Below, in pieces: positions 1-41,055 of a stretch of 64,000 bases of DNA. The notes beneath the pieces are model-generated. The model ran no database searches, was not told where the DNA came from, and saw only the letters and a list, made by a program, of their open reading frames with translations. The first letter of the stretch is position 1, and the number at the start of each line of letters is the position of its first letter. The translations under genes were made by a program, and so were the position numbers. Location of the stretch: the NCBI GenBank assembly GCA_002269645.1, contig NIVC01000673.1, forward strand, positions 363,959-427,958, read 5' to 3'. The stretch comes from Macrostomum lignano. Lineage: Eukaryota.

Positions 1-477
1 ACAGAATCTTCACAAACTATAAACATAATCTTCACAAACTATAAACAGAATCTTCACAAACTATAAACAGATTCTTCACAAACTATAAACAGATTCTTCA
101 CAAACTATACCAGAATCTTCACAAACTATAAACAGAATCTTCACAAACTATAAACAGCATCTTCACAAACTATAAACAGAATCTTCACAAACTATAAACA
201 GAATCTTCACAAACTATAAACAGAATCTTCACAAACTATAAACAGATTCTTCACAAACTATAAACAGATTCTTCACAAACTATACCAGAATCTTCACAAA
301 CTATAAACAGAATCTTCACAAACTATAAACAGCATCTTCACAAACTATAAACAGAATCTTCACAAACTATAAACAGATTCTTCACAAACTATAAACAGAA
401 TCTTCACAAACTATAAACAGATTCTTCACAAACTATACCAGATTCTTCACAAACTATACCAGAATCTTCACAAACTG
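1..477. repeat. 22-bp minisatellite (ACAGAATCTTCACAAACTATAA)n in a spalt intron
   Basis: Direct tandem periodicity. Confidence 0.95.
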
Positions 478-3400
478 AAGCTGCACCGTCAGACTCATCA
501 AGACTGCGCCATCGCCATTTCAGGCAAGCCTCGCAGAACCGCCTCCGGCCATCAGCAGCAGCTGCTGCTGAGTTCGGGCAACTCAGCCTGCCAGCTCGAG
601 GACTCGGGCATCGCCGGCTCGCCAATCGATCTCACTGGCAGTCGGAAACGCTCAGCAACCGCAGCCTCTCTGCTGCATCATCTACATCCGGCATTCCAGT
701 CTCCCTATCAGAGGCCGCAGCATCATCAGCTGCAGTGCGCCGAGGACCCGGAGCAGGTGGCCATCCTGACTGGAACCAGCGACGATCCTCTGGACCAGTT
801 CATGTACATCAACGACCAGCAGAATGTGAAATGGCGCCGGCTGTACGAAAGGCACAGCAGGACGAATCCGCCGAACAGATGCGGCGAGTGTCTGAAGGAC
901 CTGAGCTGCAAAAGCGCCCTGATCATGCACTACAGGACCCACACGGGTGAGGGCTTTTGATGATGAAGCATTAACTTGGAGTCTGGATTTTTACTAGCAC
1001 ACCCCAAACGTTTACGAACACTCTGTACTCTGTTCGAGAACACTCTGGAATCTTCTTTACTTCTCTCTGATAGCTTTTCTACACCATCCTGAACCCTTCT
1101 CTAAGCACCCTGAACCCTTCTCTACAGCACCCTGAACCCTTCTCTACAGCACCCTGAACCCTTCTCTACAACACCCTGAACCCTTCTCTACAACACCCTG
1201 AACCCTTCTCTACAGCACCCTGAACCCTTCTCTACAGCACCCTGAACCCTTCTCTACAGCACCCTGAACCCTTCTCTACAGCACCCTGAACCCTTCTCTA
1301 CAGCACCCTGAACCCTTCTCTACAGCACTCTGAAGCCTTCTCTACAACACCCTGAACCCCTCTCTACAACACCCTGAACCCTTCTCTACGATACCCTGAA
1401 CCCTTCTCTACAACACCCTGAACCCTTCTCTACAGCACCCTGAACCCTTCTCTACAGCACTCTGAAGCCTTCTCTACAACACCCTGAACCCCTCTCTACA
1501 ACACCCTGAACCCTTCTCTACGATACCCTGAACCCTTCTCTACAACACCCTGAACCCTTCTCTACAGCACCCTGAACCCCTGTCTACAACACCCTGAACC
1601 CTTCTCTACAACACCCTGGAACTTTGCTTTACAAAATGCATCAAACTCCGACATCCCCCCCGCGCACAGAGAGCAGTCAGCCGCAGAGAGCAAAGTCAAA
1701 TAGAATTTGGATTATTTTTGGCCAAGGAAAAACAGTTCTGAGAATGAGAAGTGGGACGGGGGTCGAGGCCTCTCCTGCTCATAACTGAGTCTGTTTGACG
1801 AGTTAAGCCACTACAGGACGCGCTGGCTTGGAGCTGTGATGGAAAATCATGTAATCACATTTGATTTCAAGGGCCCGACCAGTTTTAATAAATAAAAATG
1901 AGACACACAGAGCCAGCCGGAGACAGCGCCTCTAAGTCCCTTCTTAACCCCCTCTTCCCGCGGTCACCCCTGCAACTCGCATCCACAGAAATCCCCCCTT
2001 GCCCAAAGATTTTGAGCCTCGGGGTCTGTAATGCAATTTGGCATGCTGGCTCGGCGGAAAGACCGCGGGGAGAGATGAGGACGGCAGATAGATGAGGATA
2101 GATAGATGGATTTGAGATGCGCAAACTGCCGGGTCCAAAAACCCTTCAAAATCCGCTGAATTCTGATCGGGTTAACAGGGGGGGGGGGGTCGACGCTCGT
2201 CATCATCTCCCGGCAGGCTGGGAGAGGCACAAACAAACACCGAATTTCTGCCTTCGGGGAAAAATGACAATATATCTGATTAGAAAGTTATCCTTTGGAC
2301 TGGCCGATATATTTGTTATAATAAAACTATTTTGATGTGACAAAAATATCATTCTTTGAGTTTGGTATAATCCCTAACCCTCGGTTTCTTGACTGTCAGC
2401 AGCCTCCCAGACCCTCAGTTGCTGGGCCAGCCTCCCAGATCATCAGTTGCTGGGCCAGCCTCCCAGATCCTCAGTTGCTGGGCCAGCCTCCCAGATCCTC
2501 AGTTGCTGGGCCTCCAGCCACCCAGATCCTCAGTTGCTGGGCCAGCCTCCCAGATCCTCAGTTGCTCGGCCAGCCTCCCAGATCATCAGTTGCTGGGCCT
2601 CCAGCCACCCAGATCCTCAGTTGCTGGGCCAGCCTCCCAGATCATCAGTTGCTGGGCCTCCAGCCACCCAGATCCTCAGTTGCTGGGCCAGCCTCCCAGA
2701 TCCTCCGTTGCTGGGCTATCCAGCCTCCCAGATCCTCGGTTGCTTTGCCAGCCTCCCAGATCCTCAGTTGCTGGGCCAGCCTCCCAGATCCTCAGTTGCT
2801 GGGCCAGCCTCCCAGATCCTCAGTTGCTCGTCCAGCCTCCCAGATCCTCAGTTGCTGGGCCAGCCTCCCAGATCCTCAGTTGCTGGGCCAGCCTCCCAGA
2901 TCCTCAGTTGCTGGGCCTCCAGCCTCCCAGATCCTCAGTTGCTGGGCCTCCAGCCTCCCAGATCATCAGTTGCTGGGCCAGCCTCCCAGATCATCAGTTG
3001 CTGGGCCATCCAGCCTCCCAGATCCTCAGTTGCTGGGCCAGTCTCCCAGATCCTCAGTTGCTGGGCCAGTCTCCCAGATCCTCAGTTGCTGGGCCATCCA
3101 GCCTCCCAGATCCTCAGTTGCTGGGCCATCCAGCCTCCCAGATCCTCAGTTGCTGGGCCTCCAGCCTCCCAGATCCTCAGTTGCTGGGCCAGCCTCCCAG
3201 ATCATCAGTTGCTGGGCCAGCCTCCCAGATCTTCAGTTGCTGGGCCTCCAGCCACCCAGATCCTCAGTTGCTGGGCCAGCCTTCCGGATCCTCAGTTGCT
3301 GTGCCAGCCTCCCAGATCTTCAGTTGCTGGGCCAGCCTCTCGGATCCTCAACCTAAAGTGTGACCTGTCCCTATACACCTGATATCAGTTACTGAGTGAT

Positions 3401-6400
3401 AAAATTGCCTGAATCAAGGCAGCATCAATTAATGACCATCAATTCCCCAGTTGAGCGGAGATGCAGAGCTCATAAAAAACATTGAAAAACCGCTCTGCAA
3501 GATTAATGAGCGGATGCTGACCGTGTGACAATTTTAATTAAAGCGAAGTCTGCAAGCTGTAACAGACACACCAGAATTTCCCTGTCGAGTTCTCGCCGTA
3601 TCCCCAATGGGAATTCCAATTAAAACAAGCCCGTCAAGCAGGTCCTGGCATCGCGATATGACAGCGAAGAGGAGCTGTCGGACAATCAGCCCCCAGTGCT
3701 CTGGTCAGCTTTTTGCTCATCTTGTCAAAAAATCTTTAACCCCGCCGCATTGCATACCAAAAATGCGCTATAGCCCAGCTTCCCATCCGCAGAATCTCTT
3801 TCTCCATCACTACGTACCGTGGGCCATTCTTGGCGGGGTCGCCCTCCAGCTTTGATCTGATTACCGCGCACCCCTCAGCTCCAGTGCTGTCTCTGCCAGG
3901 GGCTGGGGAGCCATGCCGCCCAGTCACGGCCAAGAGGGGGATCTTTTTCTGGAGCCCAACTCCCCCCCTGCTCGAAATTAATTCGCGGTGGGCCAACAAA
4001 TTTAATATGGGCATCGGGGTTGGGAGGCTGCCTGGGCCTCGGGGTCCCGGCCTTTACAATCTGCATAAATTTAATATTATTTCATATATGTATAAAATAT
4101 ATGGATATAAGTGGAATTCCCAGAACAACTTTTGGGATCTTTGAAGCAAAGGTGCCGGGCCGTTTAGCCCGGGCAGATCTCAAGAATTGAGTTATCATCC
4201 ATGACTGCGGGAGAAGTGAGGAGGGAGGCTGGCGGCGGCAAAATTCATTCATTTAATCCTTCTTCTCTTTCATCCCCTTTGGTTGACCCCTGAGTTGAAT
4301 GTCTGCCTCGGCTGGGAGCTGGCGGTCACCAGGGAGTCGCAGAGCCCGCAGCCAGTCCGCCCCATCGGAAGTGTCGCATTTCTACCCGGCCAGGCGAGCG
4401 TCTTTTGGGAGGGGGAAGATAAAAGAGAGAGATGATGATGTCTGGAAGAATTCGCCCCAGGCTCGCACGCGGAGTGCCCAAAAAAAGCTGGAAATTTTCT
4501 CAATCTGGGCATTTTCTTTCGGCAAGATAAAAAAGCAGTTAAGAAATTTTTCTCCGCGGGCTTTCGTGACTGGCTTAGCGGGCGGTTCAGCCGTCTCGAT
4601 TTGGTAGAAAAACTCCCCGATTTTACCTGACAGACTCCCCGTGACGAATCCGCGGATCCCCCAAGTGTCTCTAAAGACCTTCATGTCTACCGTTTCTGAA
4701 TTATAAATGTTATGAATTGCGGCTGTCCGCAATCACGTGCCTACCCCCCCCCCCGGTTTTTAATACAGCGCCCAGCATCCTCCCATAAAAGATTTGTGCA
4801 AGAGAGACTTGGAGTTCAGCTAGGCTGCCTGGGAGAATTCTGCTGAGGATATTTAAGACAGGCAGGTGCAAGTTCTGAGGATTTTTGTCCGGGGATTTTT
4901 TTGAGATCGTATAATTTCAATCATAAAATGTCTCCAGGATGGCATGGTTGTGCTCATCAATTATTAGTCCTTAGGTAGGGCCCCGCGCTACCTGCCTTCA
5001 TGTACCAAGGATATAATAGCCTTAATTAAGCAGCCTCTTGTTTTCCCTTTTCTCAAATCCCCCAAATCATGAGAGATGCCCCTCTGACGCATCCAGCTTC
5101 CATGGCATTTTAGCGCTGGCATAAACGGGGAATCCCCTACAGGATGAGAAAGTGTCCCGGGGGGATTCAGTTAGTTAAAAATGCATGCATTGAGCAATGC
5201 GGCAGGCACTGACCGCCACAGACAATGAATTCTGTTCCCTATTGCGGCCCGAACTGCATCCTTGTGATCGCAACTGGAGCATAACGCGTAACACGCCAAA
5301 GTCATGCTCTGCTTCACTCACGTCTCGGAACTGCAGCACATTTATTGTCTCAGAAGCCGGCCGCCATGAGCTCTCTCAGGCATGCTTATATTAATATTAT
5401 TTATCATAAAGTCATGCCTTGCAGATCCGCAACTTTGCGTGTCACCGCCCCCTCCCATGACTTGACCTCATCAATTATGACACATGAGCAGAGCGCATGC
5501 GGCAGTATGAAGTGATGAAGTTAGCCGGGCTTAGGTCTGCCTTAGTAAAATCCCAACATTATTGAAAATCCACACCGCCTTACGCGCAGAAGAGCGGCCC
5601 TACATCTGCCGGATCTGTCACAAAAGCTTCACCACCAAGGGCAATTTGAAGACGCACCTGGGCGTGCACCGGGAGCTGCTGCCGATTCTTCGAGGCATCG
5701 GAGCTTCGCCGCCAAGGAGCTGCAGTTCGCAGGCGTCTTCCGCAGCGCAGGCGCATCATCAGTTTATGGAAGCTGCTGGTCAGCAGGACAGCTTTGCTAA
5801 CGGAGGCGGAGACAGTCAGGTGGGTGCTTGGGTTTTTACTTAGCTCAAAAACACCCTCTATGACCAGCTAAAAGCCACCCTCTATGACCAGCTACAAGCC
5901 ACCCTCTATGACCAGCTAAAAGCCACCCTCTATGACCAGCTGCAAGCCACCCTCTATGACCAGCTACAAGCCACCCTCTATGACCAGCTACAAGCCACCC
6001 TCCATGACCAGCTGCAAGCCACCCTCTATGACCAGCTACAAACCACCCAACCACCCTCTATGACCAGCTACAAACCACCCAACCACCCTCTATGACCAGC
6101 TACAAGCCACCCTCTATGACCAGCTACAAGCCACCCTCTATGACCAGCTACAAGCCACCCTCTATGACCAGCTACAAGCCACCCTCCATGACCAGGCGGC
6201 AACCCAGAAGTATTTGCTAGAATATTTGAGCCCCAATCCACCATAACTCCAGCCAGTTTGTGCGCCCTAAAAGTTATTTGCACTGCCTCGGAACTAAACA
6301 ATTTTCGAGTCCACCCATTCTCATCCCTCTCAACCCCCACAGTTTCTGGCGATGAAGCCTGTCTGTCAGGCAGTTATTAATAAATTGAGCAATCCCTAAC

Positions 6401-8456
6401 TCGAATCTACAGAGCATTTATCAAACAGAGTGCTCTGGTATCTAGAACAACTGGTATCTGTGCCCCATTACTAAATATCGAATTATTCGAACAACTCTCT
6501 GCCAACAAGTTCGAGTCCAAATCATTCAGTTCCGGCTGGGTTATTGCCGGCTGGGTCAACACAGCCAGCCAGTCATATTTGCTGATGGCTGCAGAGAAAC
6601 ACATGCAACTGACCGCTGCCCCCCTCTCAATCATTCCCTGTTGTTGGCAGATCTTGCTGGCATCGCCCCGGAGTCGCCAGGGCGCCACGTCGCCTCCGGC
6701 GCCGCCGATGTCGGCCGCCGCCGCCGCTGCCGCCGCCGCCGCCGCCGCGGCCACCGGCTTGCCGTTCCCAACCGGACTTCCGCTGTTCCCCTTCCGCTGC
6801 CTGCCGCCGCTTCCGCCGCCTCCACCGCCGCCACCGCCGCCGCCACCGCCGCCGCCTCACCTGTCGACATTCCAGTTGGACCCTCTGCCGCCGCCGCAGT
6901 CTCTGCCTTTGGTTTCAACCGTCGCCCAGTCGGAGCCGCTCGAGCTCACCACCACGAAGAAGTCGCCATCGCTTGGATCGACAGCTGCGCCGGTCAAGCA
7001 GCCGGTGGAAGATCTGACAGCGGCGTCGGTGCAGTCAGCAGCTGCGATGGATGTCGGCCTGCTGCAGCAGTCGTTCCTTACAGCGGGGGGCGGTTTCGGC
7101 CGAGCCGAACGCGAGTCCAAGACCACCTGCCACCTGTGCAGCAAGGTGTGCAGCTGCAAGAGCGCCCTGGAGATCCACATGCGAACTCACACCAAGGAGA
7201 AGCCGTTCCGCTGCGGCTACTGCGACAAGAGCTTCAGCACCAAGGGCAACATGCGGCAGCACGAGAACACCCACCGCCGGGCCGGCGGCAGCGGCAACCC
7301 GCTGACCGGCGCCTCGTCCTCGGCACACGGCAGCGACGACTTCTCGCAGCCGCCGAATTCAATCGACGAAGAGGAGGAAGAGGCCGAGACCGACTGCGAG
7401 CGCCGATCGCCTACGGACAGCGGGGCCGCAGCCCCGGCCGTTGTCAAGGACAACTTCGACGAGGCAACCAACGAGGAAGACAAGAATGAAGCGATAGCGG
7501 AGGCTGAAGATGAGGCAAACGATGAGGTGCAGGATGGAGGCGACGAGTCGGCAGTTTTAATCTACCGGCCTGGGCCGGTGGCCACCCCGCCGATGGTCCC
7601 GTCAACCACGTCGGCCACCACCTCGACACCGCTGGTGCCGCCGCTGCCGCTGCTGCCCCCACCGCCTCCGCCACCGCCTCCGCCGCCGCCGTCTCAGCAG
7701 CAGCAGCCGCAGCAGCAGCAGCAGCCGACGAAAATCAAGCGAATCTGCGAATACTGCGGCAAGGAGTGCCCGACCAAGTCGGCGCTGGACATTCACCTGC
7801 GCTCGCACACGGGGGAGAAGCCGTACCAGTGCCCCCGCTGCCACAAGAGGTTCAGCACGCAGGGCAACATGCAGGCGCACGTGAAGCGGCACTGTCCGGA
7901 GACGCGCAACGAGCGAGCCTCCATGGTCAGCGCGGCGGCGGCTGCTGCGGCTGCGGCTGCGGCTGCGGCCGCCGACCACCAGCGGCAGCATCACAAAGTC
8001 GGATCCCAGCAGCAGCCTCAGCAGCCGCAGCAGCAGCAACTGCCGACTCCGCAGCCGCCGCTGCATTTCGGCTCCGTGTCTGCGGGTCTGGACCCGTCCG
8101 GTCGCTCGACGCAGCCTCCGCCGCCCGTGTCATCGGCAGCCGCCGCCGCCGCGGCCGCAGCCGCCGCAGCCGCCTTCCACCACCCGATGATGGACTTTCC
8201 GCCGCTGCCGCTGCACCCGCCGCCGCCGCACCCGCCGCCTCCTGCCTTCCTAGCCGGGTTCCTAGCCGGGCCGTCGAAGCAGCACCAGCAGCAGCCGGGC
8301 TCGTTCCTCAGTCCGCACTGGAGCCCCCTGATGGGCGGCTTCCCCGGCCCGCTGTTCCACGCGGCGGCGGCGGCGGCGGCAGCGGCGGGTGGCCAGCTGG
8401 ACTTCAAGCCGGCGCAGCCGTCTCACGCCACGGCCGACCTTCATGGCGACGACTGA
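460..8456 (+). CDS. sall: Spalt/SALL-family C2H2 zinc-finger transcription factor, 3' part (5' exons lie outside the window). Exons: about 460-946 (acceptor uncertain), 5590-5819, 6651-8456
   Basis: Three double zinc fingers with SAL-box motifs: CGECLKDLSCKSALIMHYRTHT|EERPYICRICHKSFTTKGNLKTHLGVH, CHLCSKVCSCKSALEIHMRTHTKEKPFRCGYCDKSFSTKGNMRQH and CEYCGKECPTKSALDIHLRSHTGEKPYQCPRCHKRFSTQGNMQAH. GT-AG junctions at 946/5590 (phase 1) and 5819/6651 (phase 0) keep the frame. The reading frame is open from about 421 to 946. Confidence 0.9.
1083..1618. repeat. 22-bp minisatellite (CACCCTGAACCCTTCTCTACAG)n
   Basis: Direct tandem periodicity. Confidence 0.95.
2396..3352. repeat. 28-bp minisatellite (CAGCCTCCCAGATCCTCAGTTGCTGGGC)n with 32-bp variants
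   Basis: Tandem periodicity; source of the three spurious ORFs at 2337-3382. Confidence 0.95.
5849..6191. repeat. 24-bp minisatellite (CCACCCTCTATGACCAGCTACAAG)n
   Basis: Tandem periodicity. Confidence 0.95.
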
Positions 8457-10069
8457 CTCGGGGGAAGAATCCTCAACAGAAAAAAGATTTCTCCCTCTCT
8501 CACTCTCTCACTGGACCGGCGCCCAGTCGTGCGTACAGATTTCGAAGTGGAACTTGGCAAAGCAATCCACAGCAGTGGGGACAAGCTTTGATAATATAAT
8601 ATTAACTGACTCTTTTAAAACGGGCGATGACTTCTCAGCCGCATCAAAAGAGGCTGACGAGTGAGGAATTGATGAGGAGAAGCCATGGGAACTGCATGCA
8701 GCCGAATCCTCTTCCCCATTTCCCCTTGCCGATTTCCCCCTTGGCTGTCCAGCCGAGCATTCATGGCATCCGCAGCCCCGGGAGCTCTTGAGCATGCTCG
8801 CCCGCTTGAGAATGATGTCTTCTATAAAAAAGTGGCGGCAAGTGAGGGGCAAATCTGCTAAAACGATTTCTATTGCGTCTCTTTCCTGGAATGCCTTCAA
8901 TACGACACCGTTATTAGGGTACCAGTTATTGCAGGTGGGGGGGAGGCCCAGCTTCCCCGCCTCATCGCTGGGGAGCACTTGGTCATGCTCCATCCCTTGG
9001 CTCTCAATTCCTCTCTCTCCTCTTCTGTCCATAGAAGCAGATTAATTTGAAAATTTATCCTGAAACCGAGAAGCCGCCCCCTGTTTCTGCTTGGTGAAGA
9101 CATTTCAAGTTTTTTGCGTTCGTAGATTCGCGTGCGTTGGATAAAAAAGACAAACTTGTTTTCATCTATTAATATCATCATTGTTTATTATTTTAGTTGA
9201 TTTGAAATAACTGTTCCTCGCGCATCTAACTGCGCTCTGAATGTTGTCATTATAATTAATATGATATCATGTACAACTGTACCTTGAGCACACCATGCGT
9301 ACCTGTCACACTCCCGTAGCTTCTGTCTAGCAGCACAAAATTATGAAATAAAAACATACGATTAACTTACAACTCAATCAATGTAGCAAGAAAAAATTGA
9401 AACTGAAAATTTGACTCGCTCAATTTCAATAAGCATTCATAGGGGGGGATCAGCCAAAACTTCAGCCAACCGTTTGAAGTAGCCGACAACAATGGCCTGC
9501 ATTTCATCATCATCATCATCAAAAAGCGCGCACCCCAGACTCCGATGGCCGGATGAATAAAGGGCAACACCTTCGCTACCTGAGCAGGCTGATTGATTGG
9601 CATTTTTGCATTGCAATCATCAATTTGAGCAGCAACTGAGACATGCTGGGACTGCCCTTAATCCATTGCCCCCACCCCCTAATCAATAGCTCAACTTGTT
9701 TCCTGCAACTCTTCAAGCGGAACAAAGATTAATTGTGTGTCTTAAAAAAAGAGAGTTGAATTCCAACCATCAATTACAAGTCACAATAACAATAATAATA
9801 TTAATATTAATGACTGCATTATTTCATTTTATCATTTATTTTACAGATTCAAACAAACTGCACTACTTACATTGAGTTTTAAGTAGTAGAATACGGGGGT
9901 TATTTATTGTAGTTTTTTTGTTATAAACATTATAACAAAGCTAGTGAAGAAGCGGCTGAAGAGATTAAGAAAATGTTTAATATAATAATAGTACTTTTTA
10001 ATAAAACGAACACAGAAGCAGTACGTAAAAACGAGAGAATGATATTAAACTTATGACTTCAATCCCGAA

Positions 10070-10503
10070 TAACTCGAAATCCCAAATCTAAAAATCCCAA
10101 ATAGCTCGAATCCCAGATCTCGAATAGGTCGAAACCCAGATAAGAAAATCCCAAATATATTGAATCCCAAAATCCCAAATAGCTCGAATCCCATATCCCA
10201 AACAGCTCGAATCCCAGATCCCAAAATCCTAAATAGCTCGAAGCCCAGATCCCAAAATCCCAAATAGCCCGAATCCCAGATCCCAAAATCCCAAATAGCT
10301 CGAATCCCAGATCCCAAAATCCTAAATAGCTCGAATCCCAGATCCCAAAATCCCAAACAGCTTGAATCCCAGATCCCAAAATCCTAAATAGCTCGAAGCC
10401 CAGATCCAAAAATCCCAAATAGCTCGAATCTCAGATCCCAAAATCCCAAATAACCCGAATCCCATATCCCAAAATCCCAAATAGCTCGAATCCCAGATCC
10501 CAA
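10070..10503. repeat. 31-bp minisatellite (CCCAAAATCCCAAATAGCTCGAATCCCAGAT)n between spalt and PBRM1
   Basis: Tandem periodicity. Confidence 0.9.
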
Positions 10504-10846
10504 AAGCACAGCTTCAATAGCAAAGCACAGTAGTTATTAAATGCCCAAATTAAAAGCAATTTAATACTAATTATTGCAGTAAAACTCATGCAGATCGATA
10601 AAAAACGAACGCAAGATAGCAGTATTATTAACAATAAACAGTAATAATAGCATAAAACTTGCACTATTCAAGCAATGAGAATTTGATAAAAAGCTGCATT
10701 TAAAAAAACCGATTACACAGGAACTCATGGCTCATACGTAGCGACAAGGTAGGGTTGAGACGCAACAATATTGAATTAACTGTATGAATAATATTGCATA
10801 GCGCACAACAGGTCAGATTAAACAGCTTGGGTTAATAAAGTCAGTC

Positions 10847-39281
<28,435 letters not shown>

Positions 39282-39496
39282 GATTGACAGTTCAGTTCCG
39301 ACTGCTGATTTTGTTATGATTTATTGCTCTCTGACAGGCTGACTTGGTTAATTATCGCTGGAATGTGGGTGGTTTTTTTAACAATTACTACTACTACTAG
39401 TATGCGGGTACAGACAGGGTGGACTGGATACACGATGGACACAAATTAAATTGACACCAAATAATTTATTATATAGACAAGATAAGGCTGGGCCCA

Positions 39497-39890
39497 GACC
39501 AGATGGGGTGAGGGGTGGACACACACCAGTAGGGGTGGACACAGACCAGAAAGGATGGACACAGACCAGATAGAGTGGACACAGACCAAATGGAGTGGAC
39601 ACAGGCCAGATGGGGTGGACACAGAACAGTAGGGGTGAGTGGTGGACACAGACCAGAAAGGATGGACACAGACCAGAGAGAGTAGACACAGACCAAATGG
39701 AGTGGACACAGGCCAGATGGAATGGACACAGAACAGAAGGGGTGGACACAGACCAGAAAAGATGGACACAGACCAGATAGAGTGGACACAGACCAAATGG
39801 AATGGACACAGAACAGAAGGGATGGACACAGACCAAATGGAGTGGACACAGGCCAGATGGAATGGACACAGGCCAGATAGTGGACACAGA
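39497..39890. repeat. About 20-bp minisatellite with TGGACACAG core, upstream of the PBRM1 ATG
   Basis: Tandem periodicity. Confidence 0.88.
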
Positions 39891-40502
39891 CAAGATTTGT
39901 GTGGACTTACAGTCCAGTTAGGGAAGGCAGGGTCAATCTGACGCAGGTCATAAACGAAGTACAATGTGTAGAGTCAAAGGCAGCATAAAATTAGGAAACT
40001 GCTGACTTAACTAAAGCATGTTTCCTAAGATAAATCATAAAAACATTTTAGACAAAAACTAATAGCGTTTACAAGCGTAGTGAGTCCTAAAAAACTAAAT
40101 TGATAACAAGACTATTTGTTAACTGAATAAGGCTAGCCTAAATCAGTTCATAAGTATTTAATTAAAATAGTACAAAGTTTAAAAAGGGAATTTAATCTTT
40201 CAATACGCGGTCGAACCGCCCGCTATGTGTTACTGACAGTAACAAGTAAAGCCTGGTAATTGAATATTTACACTTTGTTTATCAATCAATCAGTTCAATT
40301 GTTAAAAAAACATGTACACACAGAAAATCATTGCTAAAACACGATGAACACAAAGAAATATTTTTCGAGTACTTTAGCTTAAGAGTGCAATGCGTTCTAG
40401 GTACAATTTCCCCTACCTATATCAGTCTTCATCGACCTTTTAAACCCTGGCTATAAGAGTATTTTCCATAAGTCATGACCTCACGAAACACAAAGACCTC
40501 CT

Positions 40503-40845
40503 CAAGGCCGTGACCTTGTGTGACACCGAGGCCACCGTAGTTTCATTTCAAGGTCATGTCCTTGTGTGACACGGAGACCCCTGTAGCTTTATTTCAAGGT
40601 CATAACCTTGTGTGACACTGAGACCCCTGTAGCTTCATTTCAAGGTCATGACCTTGTGTGACACCGAGACCCCTGTAGCTTCATTTCAAGGTCATGACCT
40701 TGTGTGACACCGAGACTCCTGTAGCTTCATTTCAAGGTCATGACCTTGTGTGACACTGAGACCCCTGTAGCTTCATTTTAAGGTCATGACCTTGTGTGAC
40801 ACCGAGACTCCTGTAGCTTCATTTCAAGGTTGAAACCTCATGAGA
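40503..40845. repeat. 46-bp minisatellite (GACCTTGTGTGACACCGAGACCCCTGTAGCTTCATTTCAAGGTCAT)n
   Basis: About 7 tandem units. Confidence 0.9.
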
Positions 40846-41055
40846 CACTGCGACCCCATCTAGCGTCAATATGACCTACTAAAATACATTACTTTCCCGA
40901 GATCGACATTAAGGCTAAGCGTATATTACAGCAATAGTAATGGACAACCAGCAAACTAAAGCAAGATCCGTGAATCAGCTGTCTTCAATCAATTAGTCTG
41001 TTAATTCATTACAGCAGAAAGAATCCCGAATTTCAAGAGAAAAAGAAAATCCTCG

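Noticed and set aside
2337-3382. Three overlapping ORFs of 311-339 aa
   Set aside because: Translations of the 28-bp repeat in all frames, inside a spalt intron.
3400-5560. TAAT/TTAATTAA-rich unique sequence in the spalt intron as enhancer clusters
   Set aside because: Plausible for a developmental gene, but motif density alone is not evidence without conservation or chromatin data.
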